In this document: positions 22,901 through 35,000 of the stretch, in pieces
How the letters are laid out: each line of letters opens with the position of its first letter
Position numbering within the stretch: position 1 is the stretch's first letter
Source of the DNA: Balanoglossus misakiensis
Lineage: Eukaryota; Animalia; Hemichordata
Assembly: GCA_040954595.2 (NCBI GenBank)
Contig: CM082580.2
Span: 4,330,783 to 4,394,782, forward strand
Length of the DNA stretch: 64,000 bases
Direction: 5' to 3'
The notes under the pieces: generated by a model
Seen by the model: the letters and a program-made list of their open reading frames with translations, nothing else
Databases searched by the model: none
Told to the model about the DNA's origin: nothing
Made by a program: the position numbers and the translations under genes

Positions 22901-23198
22901 TGAAGAGGATCCGGAAGACAGCGAGGATGATAGACAGAAGTTTGATGATGCTGAGGAGGAGGAGGAGGAGGAGGAGGAGGAGGAAGAAGAAGCCTATGAA
23001 GATAACCACGACGATAATGATGATGATTATGAAGATGACAATGAGGTTGACAATGATGTTGATGATGATGAGTATCATGATGGTGAAGTTTTAGAAGATG
23101 AAGTAATATTACCTGAGTCTTTGCAAGAAATGTCGGAAAGTATCCGGAAGCGCCTGGTAAAAGTTGATAATCAGGAAGGGGACAGGCATGATGATTAA
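19968..23198 (+). CDS. RIC3: RIC-3 nicotinic acetylcholine receptor chaperone, exons 19968-20106, 21592-21740, 21992-22226, 22372-23198
   Basis: N-terminal hydrophobic segment (CFVFTVMIICNAILYPSIF), RIC3 TM motif GLMSSVLPVYAIGIIVYFAYIMYR, coiled coil LQKRLEDTEKAMQKMM, and an acidic tail ending near IRKR. Confidence 0.9.
20527..20550. repeat. 24-bp perfect palindrome in RIC3 intron 1
   Basis: CATGGAGGTACT|AGTACCTCCATG. Confidence 0.9.
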
Positions 23199-26100
23199 TT
23201 ATATGAGTGTTATTTTTGTATGTTAAGTGACCCCCCTTTAGTATCATTTGTGAATCCACAATCTATACGCCTTATATCAGGGAAATGGATTTTAGTGCAC
23301 AGCATGTAAATAGCAATTGCAGTAGATCACATGCTTGTTGTTCATAAAAAAAACTATTTACAAAGGTATGCAACTGAGGTACTCTGTTTAATACACAGCT
23401 TATATGTAGTGTAAAGTAGATGTCCATGTGAAAAAGTGTAGACTGTGTTGATGATGGTAGTCTGGGGATTCATCAAGTACACCTGTTAAGGTCTTCCCAC
23501 CATTTTGTACTACACATGTACATGTATATCTCATTGAAAACTCTGACAGTATCAGTATATGGGAAAAGTTCACATAAATCAGTGTTGCAATATCTATTTC
23601 ATGTGGGAAAACTGTCTCTTAATTGTATTGTGTTTGTTAGCCATATGGTCAAATGACAAAGAAGATTTTATGATATAGAACAAGCAACTAAATTTCTGTT
23701 TGTGATGTTCATGTGTACTAGGGGCTGATGTGTTGCTGAATTCTCTGTGTTTGTTGATCGGGGTCACAGTAATACCAAACACTGTATTATTGTGTAAAGG
23801 CGAGAATATATGGTGGTCTTTGTCAGTAAAATTAAAAAAGTCTTGAAACAAGTGACACTCTTTTAAACATTTGAGCACAGTGAGGGACTGCACTAAAAGT
23901 GATATGTCATGCAGATTTTGGTCGTTTGATTGTATGGCTTTCCTAATAATATTATTCAAACCTGAACCAGCATTTTTTAATGTAACCGCAACACATTACA
24001 TAAATTGTGGATGACATACTTTGGTTCTGTTATATAAGACCCCAAAGGTTGCTGTCAGTATTATCTTGTGGATTGAAAGTAAACAGCAAATGTTGAAGGT
24101 GTTGAAAAAAAAAAAAATATGCAACTGCATTAACCGTTTAAACCTGGCTCAGATGACAACTTCTGAATGATGTCATAGGTCACCAGGAGGTCAGGTGGAA
24201 AGGGTTGAATAGACCATGGACCATCTCTTTTTACGTCCATGAATAGACACAAGTCTGATTTCTACTAATTATTCTGTACAGACATGCTGAACTTTCAGTT
24301 TCACCGTGGTTTACAACCAACTGCTGATTCCCTTTTATTTAGGGAAAACAAAAAAAACTCATTATCATGAAAATTGAATTATTAAATGCGAAATCATCTG
24401 TGTCAGAAATTCCTGGGGAGCACATTGACTACAGTAATACATAGACATGAACTTCAATTCCAAATGAATTTGTTGGTTTAGAGAAAATATAATAAGACAT
24501 GAAATCAAAGTCAAAATAAATTTGTAGGTTAGAGGAAAAATAATTGTGAAATACCTGTGTGCAAGAAACTACTAACATTTTATGTCAAGGAATCTGAAAA
24601 TGTTCCGTTGTGTTTCATAGCTTTAACAATGTGCAATGTTTTTAAGTGTATTATTCTGTTTTAGTATTTAAATTTTAAGACTTACAAACCTGATAGTGCT
24701 TTCATTTTAACTTATTTTAATACCAAACAGACATTTGAATTCCTTTTATTTAACATTTTGAATTTGGTTGTTTACATTCGTTACACTATCTTTGCTAGTC
24801 TAGATTTTGAACATAGTTATCATGATATTGAAAACGTGAACAGTTTTACCAATGTTCATAATATGCATTTTGCAGACAGGGTGACAGAGATCATTGGCAG
24901 TACAGCTAAGTTTTGCTGTCTGTTCCATTTTATTGTTAATTAAAACTTACTGCCATATTTCACATATATCAGTGAGTGACAGTCAGACTGATGAATTTTA
25001 AAGCTGTTTGGAATCGCTGAATTGTTAGTGGATATGCCAACTATCCAACCATTGGCCAATTTATATCGGTCATATTCACATCTCATACTAAGAATACATT
25101 CAAAGGGTCTGTACAGGACAAAGGTCAAGTAGAATATTTATTACAGTTACAAACTACATGTACAATGTTATATTTTCATTTTTATTTATTTATCTGCTTA
25201 AACTTTGAATTTTAGTGATTTATAAGTAAACTTCATTTTAAGAGTGGTCATGGTAGAATGTACCTGATAATACAGTTTGTTTTAATTTCATAAAATTGCT
25301 GATCTTGATAAGACACACTGATGTGGCCAACTTTGATTATTAAAGGGGAATTGGCTATAACTTTTGGCTGTTTTTTGGATCCTTTTTTGTTACTTTGAAA
25401 AATTACACAGAAACTACATCGTACATGCAAAACTTTGACAAAACACACAGTGTAACTGCTGAATTTTTAGAGGCTGAAAGTGTCTTCATAGACTTCCTGG
25501 GCCAGTATTTGATATCTTCAACAATGAATAATTTGCCAATAAATTGGCATTCATTACATTTTAATTTAGAAACAAAAGGAAGACATTAATTTCTTAAAAA
25601 TCACAGTTGAATGTGTCATCTACAATATACCACTAAACACAATTTTCATTTATTTTGACTGAGTGTCGAACATGTATAGTGCTTCTACTTTCACTTTTGG
25701 AACAGCAAATGGAGATATTATGCACTCTATACCTAACTCTGCATGGTAGCTAGAATTCCATGTCAGTAATAGGTAGTACCTGCACATCCTGATATTGGAA
25801 CATACCCTTGTCAGAAACAAATGCAATATTTGACTGAGCAATCATGAATGCCAGTAAAAGATGTAATAAAATGTCACTATTACAAGAACTGACATTCCTG
25901 ACTCATATTTTTGGTATCATTATCAGTATAGCATAATTTTTTTCTAATCAAACTCAAGCAGTTACCGGTATGTGCTGCCTGGATCAGTGTATGTATTTCT
26001 TAGTTCTTCCGTCCCATGCTGTAAGTTTTAAATGGATATTGATCGTTCCTATGGTGACGGTTGTCAGATGGTAAATAGAAATATGCTGTCACTCATATAG

Positions 26101-26746
26101 GAAATGGGATGAATATTCTGTCCATTTTATTCTCTGTAATTTTAGCTTTAACAAAGATTGTATCAAGCCAATCTACTGTAGTGTTTGCTTCTTATGAAAT
26201 AAAACAACATATAGAAAATTCTTTGAATTGAGTCAAGTTGTTAAGTCACACTCCTTACTGGGTACTGTAGTTAGGATTTACTATGCTGTAAATATTTTTT
26301 TCCAACTGTAATAGTGTGTGCAGTTGTATCAGATAATCTGGATTCGCTCAAAGGAAACATTAGGCCTTTAAACTGAGAATAAATATTGGGGGTCACTGCG
26401 CAAAATTGTCTCGAATTCAAAATGGCCACCAGTCATTGTTGAGTCTATGGAGAAAATTTAAAGTATGGCCTGAAGTATGCCAACAACAAATGTACTTTAC
26501 CACTTACACACCATGACACTCAACAAACAGCACAGCAGGTTTTTAAAACAAGATAGCAATTCACAGAAAGCTGTTGTCCATTTCCTTTATTTCAGTTCAA
26601 AAACCCATCTTAAACTATTTGTACACTTTAGCAATATTTAAAGAATTACAAAATGGTGAAATCAAAATATGAACAATGCAAATCTTCAAAAACCAGTGAA
26701 AACAAAAATTCCTTAGTGACTGTATTAACACCTGTGGTACTTCTAC

Positions 26747-26774
26747 CATAGACAATAGAAGGCTATTGTCTATG
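26747..26774. repeat. 12-bp-stem hairpin
   Basis: CATAGACAATAG-AAGG-CTATTGTCTATG. Confidence 0.85.
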
Positions 26775-29071
26775 CTTCTACACAACCCCCCTCCCCCACT
26801 AATGCCAGTAATAGAAAAACTGAAGAAAGTCATTGTCAATGACACAGCTCATCTTACAGATTGTCTGCTAAATGTTAACTCTTAAAATAGCATGCCCAAA
26901 TTCATTCAAAAACAAACCCTCACTTGATGTCTGGCATTCTACTGAGAATGATATTTCCTGGAACAAAGACTAAATACCTTTATTCCAAATGGGAATTTTG
27001 GTTAATTTATGCAATCTTTCACTTGAGAACAAGGTAGGCAAATTTCACTAACAAACACTATGACCTGATAGGCAAGTTCTTTTGAAATGTTGAAAAACAC
27101 AGGTTGACATTTTATTCCAAAAACATTTCCAGATGATGACAGTTTTTGTGAAATTCAAAGACAATATTGGGAATATAAATGATAAACTTATCATGTAATA
27201 CATTTTCATCAAATAGAGGCCAGTATGAGGTTGCAATGCCAACCACTGTTATCAGAGTTCAAAAACTGATGTTATTTTTGAGTAATGGTTGGGGATAGAT
27301 GGATGTGCACAAAAAAAAGCCAAATTAGTCCCCTCCCCCCTCCCCAATTTGCCTGCAGGGACTAATAATTATCTACAATAAATCAGCCTCGAAAATGCAG
27401 GTTATGTCAGCTGCAAAAAAAAATGATAAAGAAAGCATGGGTGTCTGAGCTCTCATTTGTATGAATTGAAACTGCTTGTATGGGGTGCATAGTGTTTCTT
27501 ACAAAGCAATATTGACCAACAATTTTGTCACAGTGCTCAAAGTAGCAAGCAAGTACGTATTGAATACACTCTCTTCTTCATTAGCTGTATAAGGTTACTG
27601 TTAGCAATGCTACATACACAAAGGGTAACACAAGGTGTTATTCCATGGTATTGCACGAACATTTATGAAAAAAGCAGAAATAACAATGATGGACACAACA
27701 AAATTCATTCAAAATTTATGGGCAAAATATTGCTGTTTTTTAGCGATGCCTCGCACAGTTTTTTTCTTTCTTTCAACTTCTGAGGTCATTGCACGATCTT
27801 CCGTCCATCCAGAGCACACTGGAATGTAGTTTGCTGTAAGCATGGTAGGTTTAAGTGTCAAAACATTAGGTAAAAAATACAATTTCTGTTTTATGAAATA
27901 TTGAGGTAACAGGGAATGGTTTCATTGGCTGGCAAGCCCTATATCTTATACCCCAAAAACTCTTAAACTAATACCACCCTGATTACATTTCTGAAACAGA
28001 TAAGACTAGTCTAGTATTTGTTAGTATCAGAAAAATGAATGTGGTTAAAAAAAGCTGCCCATAATTTTTCAGAATCGTGAATAACTTTGGTGTCATTTTT
28101 CGGCATTTTCAGTGTGGAAGTCTGTCTAATTCAGGAACAAGGCTGCTCAAGTGATGAACAGTAATAAAATACTAACTCTGACATGTCATTAGGTATATAG
28201 TCTAAATAAGGGACAATGAACACTCCAAGTCTGGAAAGCAAATGGTTGCCTGTTCTAGGGTACATGGCCTATCTGCCATTTTTAATGTACATAGCTGCAT
28301 TTTACCCCTGCAAGATTTTGGCAAATGGCAAACAACCAATACTAGTCCAGTCACATTGAAGTACCGGTATGCAATTGACAATCTTTTTTTAAACAACTGT
28401 TATTTTGTAATCAACCAGGTGCAAAAATGGCACCGAGTGTTTTTTTCACTGCAATGTGCAGAATTTTGTGCTGACTGGACAGATAGAAAGTACTGAAAGA
28501 CTTGTAAACTGAAACATTCAACTATTGATCCCCATCATCTCCCTGTATCAGTGTATGGTCCAACCATATGATTACAAATGGTAGAGATAACCCAGACAAA
28601 TTTAATCACAGATGACATAGAAAGTTGAGATGTAGCCGTAGATTTTCGCATGGTGGCCACATGAAAGAAGCGCCAGCCAGCAAATGATCATTTGAAGACT
28701 TAAACACACCCTTTTGACCATATATGGGCATATGTAAATTAGGGGTGAATGTATACCTTTAAAAGTATTAAACACCTGCCACATACTTATCACAATTCTT
28801 ATTTCAGATATGAAATCCCATCTCAATATTCTTCATAGCAAAAATGAATAAATACACTGTAGAGACACTTACATTGTAAGTGGCTAAAGTTTCACATGAA
28901 CAAAGGACGACTGCGTCAAGATCACTCCTCAATAAGTAATATGTACAGAAAAAAAAACCCCACTATTTTAAAAATCTGAAATTTCAACATATACAAAATG
29001 TCATGTCTGTGTTCCTGGTTCTACCATAAATAATTCAATAATTTAAAATTAACCAGATTTCAGAAAAGCCT

Positions 29072-32000
29072 TTATGATGATTTGGTTTTATCGGGAAGTC
29101 CATTTACAACAAGTCCGTTTTGTTCAGAATCGTGGGACTTCATTGATGATATGTTCTCTCTTGGATGATGTACATCATTTGGACAGCTGGTTGCTGCTGT
29201 CTGTGATACTGGACTTTGGTCTGTCATTATTGCATTGATGGCATTGCCTGGCTTAGGCGAACCGGCCAGCATGGTGTTCACTGGGCTTTTGTCGGGGGTT
29301 GTAACCTGGGTACTGACTTGCTGATGCGGAACAGATATTGTGGTCACCTTCCGTTGGTTCGCTGTTGTCGAGGGCGACAGCAGGATTGTCCCTGTGCTCG
29401 GAGACTGGCTGACCTGAGCGCTGGAGTTCTCTATAACAACACCTTGATTGCCAACTCCTGGGCTCTTCACGTGTATGGTCTGATTTGTGGGCTGCAAGGG
29501 TCCGACGCAGACCTTGCCAACGGCTTGGTTTTGGGCACTCACTATGTGCAGATTTTGAAGAGTTGGCGACTGTGGTACGGGCACTGGAATGCCGGGCAGC
29601 TTGGCAACACCTTGAGTTGAAGCAGAGACAGCTGCAATACTGCCGACGGTGCCACTGCCTGGAATGTTGACAGTCAGTGGTTTGCTCATCAGCGCACCGG
29701 GTTTGACCTGCTGGGCTAAGACACTGGCGGCAACTGATGGCACAGAAATACTCTGAACTGTGTTCGGTGCGAGGCTACTCACAACTTGCTGCAGGGGAAC
29801 TGAAACGCTTACGGGCATGTTTCTTTGAACTGTGGATAAAGCACCGACAGGATTGGCTGTGCCAGTAGACAGAGTCAGTTTTGGTACAGCAGCAGACACC
29901 GGACTTGAGGCATGCAAAGTAGCCGCTGGCAAAGGGTTCCCTGTGAGCACTGGAATGACAGTTGGACTGATTACCGAACCGGTGAGCAATGTGTTACTAG
30001 GACGTGTCTGTTGAACGACCGGTGAAGCGATGGTGCTCGAAATGACAGGTTTCACAGGTGACACCATCGGCTGGTAGGACAGCAAGGGTTTCTTAAGCGC
30101 CGGCGTGACTGTGGTACTGGCTTTGAGTAGACCGGCCGATATCTGCGGGGTTAGGTTCACGTGCTGCTGAGCTGGTACTTGTGCAGTTATGACGGGTTGC
30201 TTTCCGGCAGCCACTTGGACCAACTTGACACCAGGCTGACCTACATTCACCAGAGTCTGGGTCGGTGATGCACCGGCAGTCGAGCTTATCAGGTACACAG
30301 ATTTGCCCTGTGATCCAGACGACGCAATTATCTGTTGCAAGGCAAGGTTCGTTATAACGTTACTGACAACTGGCTGCTTAGGCACACTGGTTATTGTTCT
30401 TGGTGGCGTTTTATTTGTACTGGATGGAACGGGTTGCAGAGTGCTGACTAAAGCACCGCTCCTGGACGCAGCTGGAATGGTACTCGGGATGGCAGTGTGG
30501 TGCGAAATCACTCTGTTGCTGGGACTCCGCGTGGTCACCACCATCGGTATTGTACTTGGCGTTAGCGTAGGTGAAGCCGATGCAAGCAGTACTGGTGTTT
30601 GCTGTGCTGGATTTGAAGAGCTGCCCTGCAGACTCACACCGGGGGCAGCCTGTGCACCTTGAGTCAAGATTATCTTCTGAGGTTGAGAAGTCTTGGCTCC
30701 TGACAAGATGAGATTTTTCGGCAGAACCAATTTCCCTCCAGACTGGGCAAGTAGTTTGGGGTCTAATCCGGTGATTGTGACTAATTTGTTTGCGATGATA
30801 CCCGTGACTTTAGCGCTGCTTGCGACGTTGCTAACAGGTACTTGTACTTGCTGAGCCTGTGGTACACTTACGGAGACAGTTTGGGGGATTTGTTGCTGTG
30901 GCAGTGATCCTGGGACAACAAGTTTTTGACTCTGATTAGTCGGTGACAACACTGGAATTGCTTGCGCTATTCCCCGAGGACTGATCAGCTGTTTGTGTTC
31001 TTTGCCCACCACAACTTGCTTCGCAGGTGATGGCTGCACTTGCTGCATGACTGGCACCTGGGTTGTGTTCTTGGCGGCTGGCTGGACTTGACCTGAGCTG
31101 GACTGAGGTTTGATGTAATATGCAAGATTCCCCGACTGCTGTGGCTGTTTCGTTACTGTCTGCTGCTGTTTCAGGTCGGTCTGCTGCTGTGGATGATGCA
31201 CAAGCCCCTGGATTTTGATGCCCTGTTGCAGTAGCGATGCGTAAGGGATCAGTTTGCCACCGATCAGCACATACTGAGGACTCTGGGAGGCTGCCGGAGC
31301 AACTTTCTGTGACGCCTGTTGGCCAGCCTGGAGTTGCTTCAGTTGCTGCTGTGTTATGCTGACTGTCTGCAGAGATGCTGGGTTCGCTGCACTTGTTGTC
31401 GCAGTCACTGGCTTCATCCCAGACAATGAAACTGTCACAGCAGGAGACTGTGAGCTGGCAGGTGACAACACAATCTTGCCTGCAGGAACTGTTGGTTTCA
31501 CAATGTGGTTCACCAACGCTGCACTGTTCACTGTCGTAGTCATGGCCGCCGACTGGGTGTTGAGATTCAGTTTTTGTGTTGGTAACATTTGCAGCAACTG
31601 TTCCCGCCCCTGTTGCTGCTGCTTGGCAGCTGTACTTTGCTGCAACTGGGCCTGTTGGGACTGCGCGGTCAGCTGCTTCTGTTGCTGGATCACCCGCTGG
31701 CTGGTCTGCTGCAGCTTCAACTTCTGCTGGTTCAAAGTCACCTGTTGATTCTTCAACTGGTTCTGAAGCAACTGAAGATGCACGAGCTGCTTCTGCTGGG
31801 ACGTCAGCTGCGGCGACTGCAACAGCTGCAACAACTGATCTTGGCTCAACTGCGTCTTTTCCGCTTTCGGATCCAGCACTAAGTTGTAGTGCACCTTCAC
31901 TGGACTGCTGGCGCCCGGCTTGCTCTGAACACCAGCTGGGGGTGACAGAGTGCTGGACGGCAGGCTTTTCTGTTGGCCGGGACTTGTGACGGTAGATGGA

Positions 32001-35000
32001 GATGTGGTTTCTCCATCTTGCTGCTGATGAATCTGCCGCTGCATTCTCTGGATCTGCAGTTGCTGGGCTACCGTGGGGGCGTTCAGCGTGACAGTGGCCG
32101 TGTTACCACCTCTGGTCACAAGGTGCTGCGATGATGGCGAAAGGGGTGTCGGAACTGTGGACATCACGGTCCCAACATTAACATTAGTCACTGCCGTTGC
32201 AGTCGATGCCTGACTGGAGGCGGCAGTGTTGCCTGATGACAAAGTCAGAAACACCCTACTTGCAGTATTGGATGTTGGCAGTGAGGCAGTGGCTGCATTT
32301 GCCCCAGCAGCTTGGGACACCACGGAAGGCGCACTTGTAATCTGTAGTTTACCCGGACCGGCCGACATTCCTGAAAGCATTGTAGACGTAGGCACTTGGT
32401 TTCCTGAGTCACTGGTCCTTGATACAGTAATGAGCGGCTGCGATTGAAGCAAAGCGTAAAAGTCTGACAAACTCATCTGAGTTCCGAGCGATGTAGTGGG
32501 AAGGGTGATGGTTGTCGTGCCTCCGGCCAGAGCTTTGGATATTGCATTCAACAACAACGCCTTAGCCTCCCCTTGTTCTTGCTTTTTCTTTTCTCTGGCC
32601 CTGGCAGCTCGGGCCCGTCTCTTTGCCCTCTCCTTGTTCAGCCGAGCTTGTCTCCTCGTAGTTGGCCTTCCGTCACCCCCACTACCATCTATTAAACTCT
32701 CCACCACTAATCCATCATCTAATGTCACAGGGCCATTGCCACTTTCTGCAGCAGCAGCAGACTGTGCAGTGACTTCAGCCGTCTCATTTTCTGGCGATTC
32801 AGTCTCAGAGTCACTTTCCTCAGTGCTGTCTTCATCACTGCTGTCATCACTTGAAGAATCAGACTCTTCACTTGCCCACAGATCTTCTCCAATCTAGAAA
32901 TAAATAATACAACACACACATTGGTCAAATATATACTTATCAACTTTATCAACAAACAAACGTGGTGTGATGACCCTTTCCCTTTGAACAATTTCAAAAA
33001 TCCTGCATCAGAAAGTACTTAAATTACCTCAGAGGGAGGTGGTTGCTCTCTGAAGTCATCCCATTCCTTCTTCAGTTTCACCCTGTTCCTTGATACAGCT
33101 TTTAGTATTCTTGCTTCCCATGGCTCAAGCTCAGATAACAAGTTGCACAGCACTTGATGCAATTCAACTTCACACCTCTTCCGTGGTGGTGGTTTTTCAA
33201 TCTGTAATGAATCATACATAAACAGGTGTTCAGAATGAGGTACATGTATGTATTCCTGTTAAAGAGAGTTGAGAAATTAGTTTCTCTATTTTGAAATTTA
33301 TTTTCTGGCTGTTTAATTATAGCATTTGCTAAATCAAGAAGAAACAATAAAGTGTAGATTGCCAAATTTACTAAGTAAGAAGCGTACAAATTCACAAAAT
33401 TGGCAATGAAACAATGAGTTCTATAGTTTTACATTTCCACTACTAACGTGTAATTTCTACCGGTATTTCAGTATCTGGTCAGTTTCATTGTTGACTGCCT
33501 GAAATGTACTGCTTTAATATTTTCCACAGTTCCCATGAGTATATGTAAATTTAGAGCATACCTTTTTCTTTCTGCCCCTTCCAGTCTGTGGAGGTTCTGC
33601 CTCAGGTTCTGGCTCTGGGTCTGCAAATTTTGCAATTAATTCTTTCAGGGAATCTAGACTGTCGACGACCAATTCAAAAGGGCCTATCTCTGGCAAAATT
33701 TCTTCTTCCTCCTCCTCCTCCTCTTCTTGCTTTTCCTCTTTTACTTCTGTATCATCTTCAACCTTTTGTCCATCATTCTCTGTATCTTTTTGTTCTGTTC
33801 CATCAATCTCCATTTTCTCAACTTTGATACCCTTTTCTTCTGTCAGAGCTGCTTCAATTTCTGTCTCGCTTTCCTTCTTAGGAGACTTGATGTCATCTCT
33901 CTCACTCTCACCATCTTTCTCTGTTTTCACTTCCACAGCATTACGCTCACCATCCTTTTGCACAGAATCCTCACTATTGTGATTGTTTACATCCTCTTTT
34001 ACATCATCAATAGCATCTTTGACAAGCATAGTATCCAAAGATTCCTTGTTGTCACCGTCCTTATCACCACTACCCTCGTTTAGACTTTGATCATCAGCAT
34101 TGCTCTTGGTCGTCGTTTCATCATCACACAAGTCATCCTTTGTTTTGATATTTTCAGACCTGGTATCCCCTTCAACGTCACTTTCTCTTTCCTTCTCACA
34201 AACGTCCGTACTCATTTTGACATCTCCACCGTCAAGTTGTTCAGTTGAATTTTCTGTCTCTTCTCCATGCTCACTTTCTAAACATTTCTCCTCTTGGACC
34301 AGATTTTCCTCACCATCAATGCCCTGAGTTTCATTCTCTTGCTTCTCACCGTCGCTCCTCTCACCCTTGGCACTTTCATTCCTCTTTTTCTTACTTTTCT
34401 TCCTTCCCCTTTGCTTTTTGTGTCTTTTCTTCCGCTTGGCAGTGTGTCTTGACTCTGACTTATCTTGAGGTACATGTTCATTATTGTTCACATTGTCACT
34501 TTCCACATCGCTTGGGCGGTCGCCCTCCGAGTGGGTTTCTTGCTTCCTCTTTGTTGAGGGTTTATCTTTGTCCGAGTCTTCCTCCTTTTCATTTGTTGAT
34601 GTCACACTCTCTGAATCCATCGGGTCTGTTACTTGGTCTGCCGGTTTTAACACTGGTATAATCCTCTGGTGGAAAGAACGGAAAAATATAGATTGTGTAA
34701 ACAAAAAATAAGTTTCATCATGTCTGTTCACTACCCCTTGCCAACATGTGCTTGCTGTATCATGTATGCATTCTTGTGCGTGCTCATTGTGTTTTAAATA
34801 AGCACTTTGAATTACAGACACCAACCTAAATTCTATTTCCAACGACTTGACATTCAATTCAGTGTCTGAAAATGAAAAGTTAAACAGAATATAACAGCGA
34901 CACAGAATTTATTTCTGCCAGTCATGAGTGATCAGTTTCATTGTCAATTTTTAATTTCATCCCTAAGCATATGACTTCTCAACTTTCCAACTTTACTGAA

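Noticed and set aside
23200-29070. Hidden gene between RIC3 and BRD10
   Set aside because: The sequence is AT-rich with only short ORFs lacking homology, consistent with two long convergent 3' UTRs plus repeat fragments.
29216-34711. Multiple + strand ORFs overlapping BRD10 (similar ones overlap ZXD and RIC3)
   Set aside because: They are antisense shadows of long low-complexity coding exons, with no independent splice or start evidence.
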